Origin: Nitrospirota bacterium
GTDB taxonomy: Bacteria; Nitrospirota; Thermodesulfovibrionia; Thermodesulfovibrionales; JdFR-86
Reading direction: 5' to 3'
Assembly (NCBI GenBank): GCA_963721805.1
Contig: CAVRJY010000001.1
Coordinates: 1,152,001-1,216,000 of the forward strand
Length of the DNA stretch: 64,000 nt
Shown piece after piece: positions 32,262 to 42,610 of this stretch. The stretch's first letter is position 1, and each line of letters starts with the position of its first letter. The position numbers and the translations under genes were made by a program. The notes beneath the pieces were generated by a model. That model was not told where the DNA came from. It ran no database searches and saw only the letters and a list, made by a program, of their open reading frames with translations.

Positions 32262-33161
32262 TTATTCGTTATCTCCCCAGATGTCGTGAAATACGAACCA
32301 CTGGTAAGGGTATTGCTCCACGTACCGCTCGAGTATCGCGGCATACTGCCGCACGCAGCCTTTTATGTCGTCACGCCGGGTCTTTCGCGTGAACTGCCCG
32401 GTTGTGATCACGTTTGAGAAATCCACGACGTACTTGCGCTCGGAGACCTTTGCCGATAGCATCACGAAGACCGGGCAGCCTGCCGCCGCTGCTATCGCGA
32501 ACGCGCCGTAAGGCAGGCGGGCCGTATCGCCCAGAAACGTGACCTCCCCGGTCCTGTGCCCATACCCGCGGTCGCCCATGATCGAGACGAGGCCGCCGTT
32601 TTTGATCGCCTCCAGCGCCTCCAGCGCGCCCGAGAAGTCCTTGGGGTCCAGGATCCTCAGCCAGTCGCGCTCCTCGTAGAGCCTCAGGGCCTCGCTTACG
32701 GCCGCGTTTTCCTCAGGCCGCATCATCAGATAGACCGGCCTCCCCAAGCCTCCGAGCGCCGGCATCGTCATCTGCCAGTTGCCGATATGGGCAGTCAGGA
32801 GCACCGCACCGCGGTCCGATTCGCCTAAAACCCTAATCATTTTATCATATCCGGCCACCTCGGTGTCGAAGAGCGAGAGCCCGGAATCGGTTGAAACATA
32901 GCGGTCCACAAGGTTTTTTCCCTGGCTGACATAGAGCCGCAAGACTCCGAGGCAGCGCCTGATGAAACCGCTTGCGGGAAAGCGCCTGCGTATATACGCA
33001 TCGCTCGCGCGGAACGCCGCGCGGTCAAGCAGGAGATAGTAGGCGCAGACGGGATATAAAAATGCATACGCGGCCTTAAGTCCGGAGGTCTTGAGCACGG
33101 CGCGGAAAAACCAGAACCCCAGCCGGTTGCCGCGCTTCTTGGGGGGCATCTCCTGCGTCAT
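32262..33161 (-). CDS. LpxL/HtrB-like lipid acyltransferase
   Basis: LLTAHIGNWQ, IMGDR, YPYQWFVFHDIW. Confidence 0.85.
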   Translation of the reverse strand: MTQEMPPKKRGNRLGFWFFRAVLKTSGLKAAYAFLYPVCAYYLLLDRAAFRASDAYIRRRFPASGFIRRCLGVLRLYVSQGKNLVDRYVSTDSGLSLFDTEVAGYDKMIRVLGESDRGAVLLTAHIGNWQMTMPALGGLGRPVYLMMRPEENAAVSEALRLYEERDWLRILDPKDFSGALEALEAIKNGGLVSIMGDRGYGHRTGEVTFLGDTARLPYGAFAIAAAAGCPVFVMLSAKVSERKYVVDFSNVITTGQFTRKTRRDDIKGCVRQYAAILERYVEQYPYQWFVFHDIWGDNE

Positions 33162-34351
33162 GCTGGCTTCCGCTTTTCGAAGGCATGCGCTATGAAGAAA
33201 AACGCCGAGGCCATCAATATCGAGGCCACCGGGGCTATAACCAGCGAGCCGAGCAGCCACTCGTAGAGCCTCTGGTGAAACTGCGCAAATACGGTCTCAA
33301 ATGTAAGGTCCGTAAGCCAAGCCCCGTGGCGCATGTAATAGCCCAGCTCTATGCAGAGCGCCGGGGTGAACGGGGCCATGAAGACGTGCTGGACGTTCAG
33401 GGCCACGATCTTGTTAAGGTTCAGCCTGACCGAGACGTAGAGTATCGCTGCGGTGTGCAGGAACAGCAGCGGGATTATCGCCAGAAACGAGCCGACCGCG
33501 GCAGCGGCAGCGAGCCCCTCAGGGGTCGCGTTTTCCTTTATAAGGTGGCGTATGAGCTTAAGCGGGTTGAAGATCAGCCCTATGTCGAACTTTGGCGCTG
33601 GCGCTAGCCGCTTGTGCCCGAAAGGCAGGAGCCGCAGGCCTATCAGCATCGAGTGCACGCGCGTGAGCCTGAGGTTGTCCATGACCGGCCTGAAGCTCGA
33701 GACGCGCTGCCCGGCCGGGGGGTAGTATACCCCGATCCCGACCGAGCGGAGCCTGAGCCCGGCCCAGGCCGCCTTGGCTAGCACCTCGGCCTCGAAGTCA
33801 TAGCGGCGCCCCTTGAACTTAAGTAAGTTTAGCTGTCTTACAGGATATGCCCGAAAACCGCTCTGGCAGTCGTCTATATGCTGGCCGGTCTCGATCCTGA
33901 GCCAGAAGTTCGCGAACCTACGGCCGAACCGGCTCGAGCGCGGGATGTTCTCGACGCTGAAGTCACGCGAGCCGACCACGAGGCTCAGTTCGTCGTCTTG
34001 AAGCATCGGGATGAACTTCGCGATATCGCCGGGGTCGTGCTGTCCGTCGGCGTCAATCGTGATCATATACTTGCCGCCCTGAAGCTCGACGAAGCGCGAG
34101 GCGGTGAGTATCGCCTGGCCCTTGCCCATGTTGGCGTGGTGGCGGAGCACGACAGCGTCTAAGTTCGAGATGAGTGCGCCTGCGTCGGCGTCGGTCGAGC
34201 CGTCGTCTATGACGACGACGCGGCCGGGGAGCATCCGGCAGCAGCCCTCGACGACAGCCCTAAGCGTCGGGGCGTTGTTATAGACCGGCACCGCGGCCCA
34301 GACGAGATCGGTGCCGATTGTCTCAGTTGCTGCGCTTGCGCTTGCGTTCAT
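33158..34351 (-). CDS. Glycosyltransferase family 2 fused to DUF2062
   Basis: PVYNN, IDDGSTD, IDADGQH, DCQSGFRAYP; hydrophobic C-terminal domain. Confidence 0.88.
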   Translation of the reverse strand: MNASASAATETIGTDLVWAAVPVYNNAPTLRAVVEGCCRMLPGRVVVIDDGSTDADAGALISNLDAVVLRHHANMGKGQAILTASRFVELQGGKYMITIDADGQHDPGDIAKFIPMLQDDELSLVVGSRDFSVENIPRSSRFGRRFANFWLRIETGQHIDDCQSGFRAYPVRQLNLLKFKGRRYDFEAEVLAKAAWAGLRLRSVGIGVYYPPAGQRVSSFRPVMDNLRLTRVHSMLIGLRLLPFGHKRLAPAPKFDIGLIFNPLKLIRHLIKENATPEGLAAAAAVGSFLAIIPLLFLHTAAILYVSVRLNLNKIVALNVQHVFMAPFTPALCIELGYYMRHGAWLTDLTFETVFAQFHQRLYEWLLGSLVIAPVASILMASAFFFIAHAFEKRKPA

Positions 34352-35678
34352 GTAGCATCATATCCCAGAGCGTGCCTGTATGGCCGAGCTTGTGGAGCAC
34401 TTGCAGCCCGCTGTCTATCGAGTCGGGCGGGAATATGCAGTGGCGCACGCCTTTAAACGCCTCGGTCAGCCTCTGCGTGAGCCATTCGGGGTCGACAGTG
34501 GGCGATAGGTAATAGGTCGGGGCCAGCAGGTCGGTCTCGGGCGTTATCACGCCTTCCCTAAGCGCGATATCAGCAAGCGGGGTGTTGGGGAATATGCGTA
34601 TGCCCATGTATATGAAGACCACGCTGTTGCGCAGCGAGAGGAGGTTTGCTATCCCCTCCTCGGCGGTCTCGGGGGTCTCGCCGGGGCAGCCGAACATCAC
34701 GAAATGCGAGCAAGGGATCGACTCGGCCGCGAAGAGGTCGTTTGCGGCCACGACGTCCGCGAAAGTGAAGTTCTTGCCCATGCGCCTGAGCGTTACGTCG
34801 GTCGATGCGTCCGTGCCGATCTCGACCGCTGCGAGCCCTGAGCGCTTCATAAGGCCGACAGCCTCGGCATCGAGGCCCTTGGGCCTGAAGAATCCCGACC
34901 ACGGAACCCGCGTATCGCGGCGGACCATCTCGCGAACAAGATTAAGATACTCGCCGCCCTCGTCGTTGAATACCGAATCGACGAAGAATATCGTCTTGCA
35001 GGCGTGCGTGTCGCGCAGCAGTATCATGTCGTCCACTACCGAGGGGACATGGCGCGGGCGGATGGCATGGCCCTCCAGAAGCGGATACGTGCAGTAGACG
35101 CAATGGGAAGTGCAGCCGCGCTTGCTCTGCACCGAGGCGATATTGCCGCTTTTGAGGTAAAACTCCATGAGGGTTGCGTCATAAGCGGCAGAGGGTATCG
35201 CCAGCCCCGTGAGACTGCGGGTAGAGTAGATCAGGCGGTCCTCGGGGTATACATCCCGGCTGGCGTTCTCGGCGAATACGACCACCAGGGCCTCGCTCTC
35301 GCCGACGAAGCCGTAGTCCGCTCCGGTTACGTCGAGTATCTCCTGCGGCATGAGCGAAAACCCCGCACCACCGAGGATGATCTTAGCCTGCGTGAGGGCC
35401 CTCAGGCGCGTGACGATCTCGCGCACGTGGTCGATGTAGTACTGCTTGTTCATGTAGTTTACGTTGTCGATGTTGCGGATCGAGATGCCGAGCAGCTCCG
35501 GACTGAACTCAGCCACCGCTGTCTCTATCGCGGCCATCGAGCTCCCCTCGCGCAGGTAGTCGAGCTGGCGCACCTCGTGTCCGGCCGATGTGAGAGCCGA
35601 GGAGATCATCGCGAGCCCGAGCGGGTAGACCGGGTAGGGCGAGGTCGCGATGTTGGACGAAAGCAGCAGTACGCGCAT
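34323..35678 (-). CDS. B12-binding radical SAM protein (lipid-biosynthesis type)
   Basis: PYPVYPLGL N-terminus, ISIRNIDN, KRGCTSHCVYCTYP, FFVDSVFN. Confidence 0.9.
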   Translation of the reverse strand: MRVLLLSSNIATSPYPVYPLGLAMISSALTSAGHEVRQLDYLREGSSMAAIETAVAEFSPELLGISIRNIDNVNYMNKQYYIDHVREIVTRLRALTQAKIILGGAGFSLMPQEILDVTGADYGFVGESEALVVVFAENASRDVYPEDRLIYSTRSLTGLAIPSAAYDATLMEFYLKSGNIASVQSKRGCTSHCVYCTYPLLEGHAIRPRHVPSVVDDMILLRDTHACKTIFFVDSVFNDEGGEYLNLVREMVRRDTRVPWSGFFRPKGLDAEAVGLMKRSGLAAVEIGTDASTDVTLRRMGKNFTFADVVAANDLFAAESIPCSHFVMFGCPGETPETAEEGIANLLSLRNSVVFIYMGIRIFPNTPLADIALREGVITPETDLLAPTYYLSPTVDPEWLTQRLTEAFKGVRHCIFPPDSIDSGLQVLHKLGHTGTLWDMMLHERKRKRSN

Positions 35679-36946
35679 TACCTGTTCTCCCGGCGGAGGG
35701 CCTCGCGCCTGGCTCCGCGCTTCGGCCTGATCGATTTATACGTCCCGTCGGCCTGCTCCTTGGCGATGACCTTCATAAACAGCCGCGCCATCCTGAGCTC
35801 CTGGCTGCTCTCGCCGTAGAAGGTCTGCCATGCGTAGTGGTATAGCTCCTGCAAGCGCTCGGGGCTCATCTTCGCGGGCTTGAAAACGACGTCCCCGCCG
35901 GTATACCTGCGCCAGTCGTTGTGCAGGATGCGTCCCTCGTCCGCGAGGCTCTGGCGGATCGGCGTGTGCGGAAACGGGGTCAGGATCGTGAACTCCGCGA
36001 GGTCGAGCTTGATCTCCAAAAGGAAGTCCACGAGCCGCTTGATATAGTCCTCGTCGTGGTCGTCCATGCCCAGTATGATCGTGCCCTCCACGCCGATGCC
36101 GCGCTCCTGCAAGCGCTTGACGCGCTTGCGGATATGGTTGGAGGTATCGAATATCGCCTGGTAGACATACCAGCACCCTGCCTCGGCCGCGAGGTCGAGT
36201 ATCTCGTCGTTGTCCTTGATCGGGTGCGATATCCACTTGCGCTTAAGCGGTATCAGGGCGCGAAACAGGGCCTTCTCCCACTCGTCGTTCTGCGCGAGGG
36301 AATTGTCCACCAGAAAGAGGCGGTTGTTGTCTATGGATTCGATTTCCTTTACAACGATGTCGAGGTCGCGGGGACGGAACTTCCTCCCTCCCAGAAACGG
36401 CGTGCAGCACGGGAAGCAGTTGAAGCGGCAGCCGCGTGAGGCGTGCATGAGATCCACCATCTGCACGCCGCGATAGTTATAGAGCTCGCGGTTGAGGATG
36501 CTGCGCCGCGCCGGGCCGATCTGGCTTGCGTCCGGGAAGTTCTGCGTGAAGTCGTAGACCTTCTTGAGCTGCTTCTTTCTGAGGTCGTCTATCACCGCGC
36601 CGAAGCGGCCCTCGGCCTCGCCGAGGAATACCGAGTCAGAGTGCGCCATCGTCTCTTCGGCATGCAGCTGGGTCGCGATGCCGCCGAATATCACCGGCAC
36701 CCCCGCCTCGCGGAAGCGGTCCGCGATCTCCCATCCGCGCGGTATCTGGCAGGTGAGCATCGAGGATATCGCCACGAGGTCGACGTCCGTGTCAAACGGG
36801 ACCGGCTCTACGTTTTCGTCATAGAACTTAAGCTCGACGTCCTCCGGCACGGTCGCTGCGAAACAGACCGGCCCGTGCGGGGGCAGGTGAAACTCGGTCT
36901 GCCGGTTGAGCTTGGGCCACTTTGGATATATGAGCCGTATCTTCAC
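35678..36946 (-). CDS. B12-binding radical SAM protein
   Basis: Cobalamin-binding N-domain (GGIAT, GEAE), SRGCRFNCFPC, LTPFPHT. Confidence 0.88.
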   Translation of the reverse strand: MKIRLIYPKWPKLNRQTEFHLPPHGPVCFAATVPEDVELKFYDENVEPVPFDTDVDLVAISSMLTCQIPRGWEIADRFREAGVPVIFGGIATQLHAEETMAHSDSVFLGEAEGRFGAVIDDLRKKQLKKVYDFTQNFPDASQIGPARRSILNRELYNYRGVQMVDLMHASRGCRFNCFPCCTPFLGGRKFRPRDLDIVVKEIESIDNNRLFLVDNSLAQNDEWEKALFRALIPLKRKWISHPIKDNDEILDLAAEAGCWYVYQAIFDTSNHIRKRVKRLQERGIGVEGTIILGMDDHDEDYIKRLVDFLLEIKLDLAEFTILTPFPHTPIRQSLADEGRILHNDWRRYTGGDVVFKPAKMSPERLQELYHYAWQTFYGESSQELRMARLFMKVIAKEQADGTYKSIRPKRGARREALRRENR

Positions 36947-37557
36947 TTCTGGTGCACCTCGCTGTAAATTTTCGAGAGTTCCTGATCAATATCCAGGGGC
37001 GCATCGCCCCGGCCTATAAGCATGTATATCGCCTCGCGCCCGTCAGCCTCGCCGACGAGCATCGAGTCCGCCTCGCCGGAGCCGATCATATCGCCTGCCA
37101 TCGAGACGAGCGACCCGAGCGCTCCCTTGGCCGAGCTTGCGTAAAGCAGCGGCCCGAGCAGGCCGAAGTGTATCGCGGCCTCCCCAAGCGGGCTTGAGGG
37201 CAGGGTATAGATAAACAGGCTCGCGCGCCCCAGCGTGCGGCCCCCTTCGAGGTAGTCGCGGAAGTAAGCCGCGTCGGTGGCTATCGAGCCGGTCGAGTTG
37301 GTGCCGATTATGCCGATGTCCTGCTTGAATCCCATCGAGTACGAAACGCCGGCGTCCTTAAGTGCGAGCGCGACTGCGTGGCAGACGTTCCTCGATACGT
37401 CATCGAGCCTTCCGAAGTTCTTAAACGGATACGCGAATAACGATTTGCACGTAAAACGGCCGCTGGGGTCGACCTCTTCGCACCTGCTGCGCTCGCCGCT
37501 TCGGATCGCGCCGTACCTGCCTCCGCTGATCCAGCCTATGCCCTTGATCTCGATCAC
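36943..37557 (-). CDS. Short ketosynthase-N-terminal/chain-length-factor-like protein
   Basis: FGRLD, SLFIYTLPSSPLGEAAIHFGLLGP; no catalytic Cys/His; GTG overlaps the KS stop. Confidence 0.75.
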   Translation of the reverse strand: MIEIKGIGWISGGRYGAIRSGERSRCEEVDPSGRFTCKSLFAYPFKNFGRLDDVSRNVCHAVALALKDAGVSYSMGFKQDIGIIGTNSTGSIATDAAYFRDYLEGGRTLGRASLFIYTLPSSPLGEAAIHFGLLGPLLYASSAKGALGSLVSMAGDMIGSGEADSMLVGEADGREAIYMLIGRGDAPLDIDQELSKIYSEVHQK

Positions 37558-38678
37558 CGGGCGGCCACCACGAGGGCCGCGTTTATCCCGCTGAAGCCCG
37601 AGTTGGTCATGAGCGCCATCTTCGTGCGGTCGATTCCAACCGCCTTCGGCGAGACCCATCCCGCCGCGAGTTCGTCCGGCTCCGAGAGGTTTACGGTAGG
37701 CGGTGTTGTGCCTTCTTTGAGCGCGCGCAGCGCGATTATGAGCTCAAGCATCCCGGCCGCGCCCATCGTGTGGCCCAGCGCGCCCTTGACCGAATAAACC
37801 GGCCGGGGCGCTTCATTGAAGACCGCGCGGAACGCCCTCATCTCCATCGCGTCGTTATACGCGGTGCCTGTCCCGTGGGCCGAGATCATCCCGATTGCGG
37901 AGGAGTCGCATCCCGCCATCCTGAGCGCCTTGGTTGCGGCGAGTATCAGGCCCTCGCTCTCGCGCGAGGGGCCGGTCATGTGGTTGGCGTCGTCGCTGAG
38001 GCCCCAGCCCGCGACCTCGCCGAGCACCTCGCGGCCTTCAGATTCCGCCCGCTGTTCGCTCATCAAAAGCGCGTACCCGGCGGCATCGCCGAGGCTCAGG
38101 CCCTCGCGAGTGCGGTCAAACGGCCTCGCGAATCTACGGTCCATGGCCATCAGCGACGAAAAACCCGAAAACACGAACTCCGTGACCGCATCGCACGCGA
38201 TGACCAATACCGAATCCGCGCGGCCTGAGCATATCATCGACGCGCCGCGCGCTATCGCGGCCGAGCCCGAGGCGCATGCCGCGGATACCACCATCGAGGG
38301 GCCGGCCACGCCTGCGAGCGAGGCTGCCTTCTCAAGCAATCTAACCGGCGCGCAGGCGTCCTGCGGTATGCCTGTCTCGCCCAGTATCCGGCGCTCTAAA
38401 AGGTCGATCTCGCCCTTGGTAGTTGCGAGTATCAGGGCGGAGTCCGCTGGCGCGGGTATTACGCCAAGCAGGCGCTGAAGCATCTGGAGCACGAGCGAAT
38501 CGCCGTCGTGGTATCTGAGCGACATGATCGTTGCGGCGTTCTCTGACATGAAGGCCGAGGTGTTAAACCTCTCGATCTTCCCTATGGCGCTTTGGCCTGA
38601 CGTGATCGCGTCCCAGCAGGCATCGAGCCCGGGGCCGAAGGGCGTGAGCATATCGTATGCGGTGACGACTGCCTTCAT
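37554..38678 (-). CDS. Beta-ketoacyl-ACP synthase (KS)
   Basis: SAACASG, DANHMTGP, HGTGT, KGALGHTMGAAG. Confidence 0.92.
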   Translation of the reverse strand: MKAVVTAYDMLTPFGPGLDACWDAITSGQSAIGKIERFNTSAFMSENAATIMSLRYHDGDSLVLQMLQRLLGVIPAPADSALILATTKGEIDLLERRILGETGIPQDACAPVRLLEKAASLAGVAGPSMVVSAACASGSAAIARGASMICSGRADSVLVIACDAVTEFVFSGFSSLMAMDRRFARPFDRTREGLSLGDAAGYALLMSEQRAESEGREVLGEVAGWGLSDDANHMTGPSRESEGLILAATKALRMAGCDSSAIGMISAHGTGTAYNDAMEMRAFRAVFNEAPRPVYSVKGALGHTMGAAGMLELIIALRALKEGTTPPTVNLSEPDELAAGWVSPKAVGIDRTKMALMTNSGFSGINAALVVAAR

Positions 38679-39157
38679 CCGAGGTCCCTGAACTCTCCGT
38701 CGAGCCAGCGTTTCCTGAACCGCACCAGCAGCTCCGGCGCCACGAGGCAGACGCTGCCGCTTGCAGCGTCGGTCAGGACCTGCACCCTGTAGCCGCTCGT
38801 CGCGAGCGTGCCGTCCGCCCTGGTAATCCTGAATTCGGTGTTTATCTTGGCCGCCTCGTTCCATATGATCGAGGCAGCTACTGAAAATTCCTCGTCGAGC
38901 GTGAGGGGGCAGAAGTAATCGATATGGAGTTCGGCTATGGGGGCGCGGAGTCCGGCCTTGAAATAGTCCTCGAACCCGAGACCGCATCTTCGGCCTAGTT
39001 CGGTCGAGGCCTCCTCGAAAAACTGCGGGTAGCGGCCGAACCACGATATGCCCATTACGTCGGCATCGCTGAAGCTCACGCGCCGCCGGATCTCGAAGCT
39101 CACCGGCTCGGGCGAGCCCGGCATGCGCTCGAAATATGCTGTCCTCCGGCGTCTCAT
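38675..39157 (-). CDS. 4HBT-type acyl-CoA/ACP thioesterase
   Basis: VSFSDADVMGISWFGRYPQFFE hotdog motif. Confidence 0.85.
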   Translation of the reverse strand: MRRRRTAYFERMPGSPEPVSFEIRRRVSFSDADVMGISWFGRYPQFFEEASTELGRRCGLGFEDYFKAGLRAPIAELHIDYFCPLTLDEEFSVAASIIWNEAAKINTEFRITRADGTLATSGYRVQVLTDAASGSVCLVAPELLVRFRKRWLDGEFRDLG

Positions 39158-39537
39158 CGTTGCGGTGCCTCGTCGAGCGATACGCGGAGCTTGATCTCAG
39201 AGACGCGCGCACCCGCCCGGCTCCACTGCGCCTTGATATCGAACTCGCCGGACTCCATCAGAGGGCCGCACTCGCAGAGCACCTCTTCGGCCGGGAGCAC
39301 AGGGGCCATAAACTTGGCGTTAATGACCTTTATGATGCGCACCGGCCTTCCGCTCCAGGTCGCGATCATACCGGCCGCGCATTCCATCTGGCATACGCCG
39401 GGCAGGACCTTCGCGCCGGGGAAGTGGCCCTGAAACCCTACGAAGTCTTCGGGAAACGAGAAGCGCGCGGAAAGCCTGCCGGACTCGAGCCCGAGACCGG
39501 ACATGCATCTGAGCGCATCGGACCTGAGGCGGTTCAA
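39154..39537 (-). CDS. FabZ/ApeI-like 3-hydroxyacyl-ACP dehydratase
   Basis: FQGHFPGAKVLPGVCQME, AKFMAPVLP. Confidence 0.85.
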   Translation of the reverse strand: MNRLRSDALRCMSGLGLESGRLSARFSFPEDFVGFQGHFPGAKVLPGVCQMECAAGMIATWSGRPVRIIKVINAKFMAPVLPAEEVLCECGPLMESGEFDIKAQWSRAGARVSEIKLRVSLDEAPQR

Positions 39538-40208
39538 TCGAGTATCTCCTTGACTTTCACGGTCAGGCTGTAGCCGTATTGATAGTTCTGTAAAAGCACG
39601 CCACGATTGATGATTTTACCATTTTTGCGCTCCGGCCCGAAATACAGCACCCGCCAGCGCAGGTCGTTCTCGACGAAATACGCCTTCTCGACCAGCGAGC
39701 CCTCGGCTCCGGCGAAGACGTATTTCATGATCCCGCCGTCCGTGCGTTCGTTGACTACCAGCTCATTGCCGTCCCACCAGCTCCACCAGCCCGCGCCCGA
39801 GGGTGTCGTATCGAAGTATATGCGCCTGATGTCCTCACCTATCTTCGCCCCGAAACTGCCTTTGCCTCCGCGCTCTAGCATAGGCAGGACGAAGCGCGTC
39901 GTCGTGCCGCTTCGGTCCCCGCTAAGCTCAAAGAGCTTCATGCCCATAGGGTTGAGGCAGGCCACAGCGAAAGTGCCCGCTGATTGGTCGAGCTCAAGCT
40001 CGCCTATGCCCGTGATCTCCTGCGGGCCGAAGCCGAAGGTCACGCTGCTTAGGAGCTTCAACTGCTGTGGTATCGCGGCCCTGTATTGCGCGATAACCTG
40101 TGCGGGGTCGTGCGAGGGCATCGGCGTGCGCCCGACCGGGGCGAAGGGAAGGGCGGCGGCGCAGGCCGAAAGCGCGAGCGCCGCGATCATGAGTATCAAG
40201 GCCCTCAT
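39534..40208 (-). CDS. Lipoprotein (DUF3261-like)
   Basis: Lipobox LSAC; PMGMKLFEL motif; APE-cluster context. Confidence 0.65.
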   Translation of the reverse strand: MRALILMIAALALSACAAALPFAPVGRTPMPSHDPAQVIAQYRAAIPQQLKLLSSVTFGFGPQEITGIGELELDQSAGTFAVACLNPMGMKLFELSGDRSGTTTRFVLPMLERGGKGSFGAKIGEDIRRIYFDTTPSGAGWWSWWDGNELVVNERTDGGIMKYVFAGAEGSLVEKAYFVENDLRWRVLYFGPERKNGKIINRGVLLQNYQYGYSLTVKVKEILD

Positions 40209-42610
40209 TTAGTGCGCACCACGAGGAACATGCGGCAGAGCGCGGGGACTAGCGTTATCGAGCTTAGCCAGCCGATAAGCAGGCTGATGCTCATCGCGAG
40301 TCCCATCGAGAACAGCGCGGGGTGGCGCGCGAACAGCAGGACTGCGGTGCCGATCACGGTCGAGACCGCCGATAGCGATATGCCGAGCACCGTGCCGAGG
40401 TTAAGCCTCTCGTGGTGCTGGTATGTTATCCCGATCCCGAAATCCACGACTATTCCGGCGGTGACGATGCTCGCTATTATGTTGGCGATGTTCACCGGGA
40501 CGTTCATCACGGCCATGATCCCCAGCAGCCATATCGTGCTTGCGGCCACGGGTATTAAGGCTATCAGCGCGGCCTTGAGGTTCCTGAAAAACAGCGCGGT
40601 AAGTATGATGTTGGCCGCGATCGCGAGCGGCACGAGCAGGTATGCCTCGCGGCTCGTGAAGATCGAGATAGAGCGCGAGAGCGCGCGCCGCGAGAGCACG
40701 AACGCTCCGGGCTGGTCCTTCGTTATCGCATCGACCTTGCGCAGGGACTCAGCGTCGTCGGGGAAGAACGATAGCACCTGGTACTGGCCGCCGCTTTGGT
40801 GGACGAACCGCTCCTTGAGCCTGCCGAGCAGCTCGTCTATCGAGCCCGAGTCGATGGATTTGGGGTAGAGGTTGTCAAAGAACGGGCCGAATGCGTCGGC
40901 CGAAAAACCGTAGCGGGCGCCCTCGGATTTGATGAGCGATTTAAGCCTGTCTTCGCGGCCGCCGCGCCAGAACGCGTTCCAGCGGCCGATGTTCGCGCTG
41001 CGCTTTTCTCCGGAGGGCCAGAGCATCGAGAAGCTTACGAAGTTGCCGATCCCCGAGGCGGTCGCCATCTCGTACGCGCGGTCGCTCTGCCTGAGCGCGT
41101 CTTCGTAGGTCTTGCCGCTCAGCACGAGTATGGCCTGGCTGTCGGTGCCCCCCCATGCCTCGTGAAACCGCGCCTCCGCGTCCTTGACGTACTGCTCGGT
41201 GCCGTCAAGCTGTGCCACGTTGCTCTCGACGTGCACCCCGAAAGCGCAATACAGGAGCACGGCCGTGGCCACCAGCCACAACGCCACCATGGCGCGGCTG
41301 GAGCCGAACGTGCGTTCGAGGTGGCGCTCCAAAAACGAATGGTAAAGCGCGCCCTCGCGTCTCCACCGGAGCGCGTGCGGCAGGATGAACATCGCAAGGA
41401 AGACCGAGGCGGCGATGCAGACCATCGAGAATACCGCGAGCTGGCGGTAGCCCTCGATGCGCGACAGAAGCAGCACGCCGAAGCTCGCAGCGGTCGTGAT
41501 CGCGTCGATGAAGATGAGCCTCGCGAGCTTGACCGTGTTCCGGTCGTCGAGCAGGCCCTTCTTCGCGGCGATGTAGGAATATATGCCGTAGTCTATCGTG
41601 ATGCCGCCTATGACCGTCCCGAACCCTATCACGACCGATGCGAGGTCCCCAAGCAGCATCCCGGTGATGTTGATCGAATATATGACGCCGATCATCGGGA
41701 TCGCGAATACGAGCCCGACCCTGGGGTCGCGGAAGACGCCCAGAAAGAGTATCAGAAACGCGGCCGAGGCGATCAGCGACGTGAGCTTCACGTCGCGCTC
41801 GATCACGCGCTGGTTGCTCACCGTATGGAAGTGCCCGCCCACGGCGTCGACGGTTACGTTAGGCGGGAGAGCCTTGATCTCGCGTTCGACATACTGCACG
41901 AGGCGCTTGCTTCCGATGCTGTCGGTCATAGGGATCGAGGTCTGCGCGATGACGAGCGCATGGCGGCCGTCGAGGCTCACGAGGTGGCCGCCCTCGATCA
42001 TGAGCTGGTAGCCCATCGAATCCGATAGGGCCTTAAATTTACGCAATGCCTGCAATCGCAGCCCGAGAGGGTCGGAGCGCGACATCGAGCCCATCAGGAT
42101 GCTCTCGGGCTTGAACGATTGTAGGTATATCTGGCGCATCCGGGCCGAGATACCGTCTGGCGTGATCATGCGGTCGATATCCTTCAGGTCATTGTCGGTG
42201 CTCACCGAGGCCACGTATCCCATGAATTCACCCGACATCATCGAGCCCGGGGAAAACCCGGTCACGACCTCCGAGAACATCGGCGGCTTTAGCGCGGCCG
42301 CGAATCGGTCGACCGCGGCGAAAAGCTCCTCGTGCCCGCCCTGTCCGGGGTCTTTGAGCGAGACCGAGAACACGACCTTCCCCGAGAGGTTGGTCTCGCG
42401 CAAAAACGTCATGTCGCGCCTGATCTCCGGCTCGTCCGGGAGCATAAGGTCTATGTCGCCCCTGAAGCGGTGAAACCCGAGGCTGGCAGCGGCTATGACC
42501 GTGAGCGCCAGAAGGCCGAGCAGGACGCCCTTGCGGTGCCGCTCTATCGCATGGTAGAGGGCAAGTACGGCGCGTTCAAACACCGCGCTCGACCTTGAAG
42601 TCACCGTCAT
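40205..42610 (-). CDS. MMPL/RND family lipid exporter (alternative GTG start 42583)
   Basis: Two repeats of TM + large loop + TM bundle; GITIDYGI and GIVVDFGI motifs. Confidence 0.88.
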   Translation of the reverse strand: MTVTSRSSAVFERAVLALYHAIERHRKGVLLGLLALTVIAAASLGFHRFRGDIDLMLPDEPEIRRDMTFLRETNLSGKVVFSVSLKDPGQGGHEELFAAVDRFAAALKPPMFSEVVTGFSPGSMMSGEFMGYVASVSTDNDLKDIDRMITPDGISARMRQIYLQSFKPESILMGSMSRSDPLGLRLQALRKFKALSDSMGYQLMIEGGHLVSLDGRHALVIAQTSIPMTDSIGSKRLVQYVEREIKALPPNVTVDAVGGHFHTVSNQRVIERDVKLTSLIASAAFLILFLGVFRDPRVGLVFAIPMIGVIYSINITGMLLGDLASVVIGFGTVIGGITIDYGIYSYIAAKKGLLDDRNTVKLARLIFIDAITTAASFGVLLLSRIEGYRQLAVFSMVCIAASVFLAMFILPHALRWRREGALYHSFLERHLERTFGSSRAMVALWLVATAVLLYCAFGVHVESNVAQLDGTEQYVKDAEARFHEAWGGTDSQAILVLSGKTYEDALRQSDRAYEMATASGIGNFVSFSMLWPSGEKRSANIGRWNAFWRGGREDRLKSLIKSEGARYGFSADAFGPFFDNLYPKSIDSGSIDELLGRLKERFVHQSGGQYQVLSFFPDDAESLRKVDAITKDQPGAFVLSRRALSRSISIFTSREAYLLVPLAIAANIILTALFFRNLKAALIALIPVAASTIWLLGIMAVMNVPVNIANIIASIVTAGIVVDFGIGITYQHHERLNLGTVLGISLSAVSTVIGTAVLLFARHPALFSMGLAMSISLLIGWLSSITLVPALCRMFLVVRTK

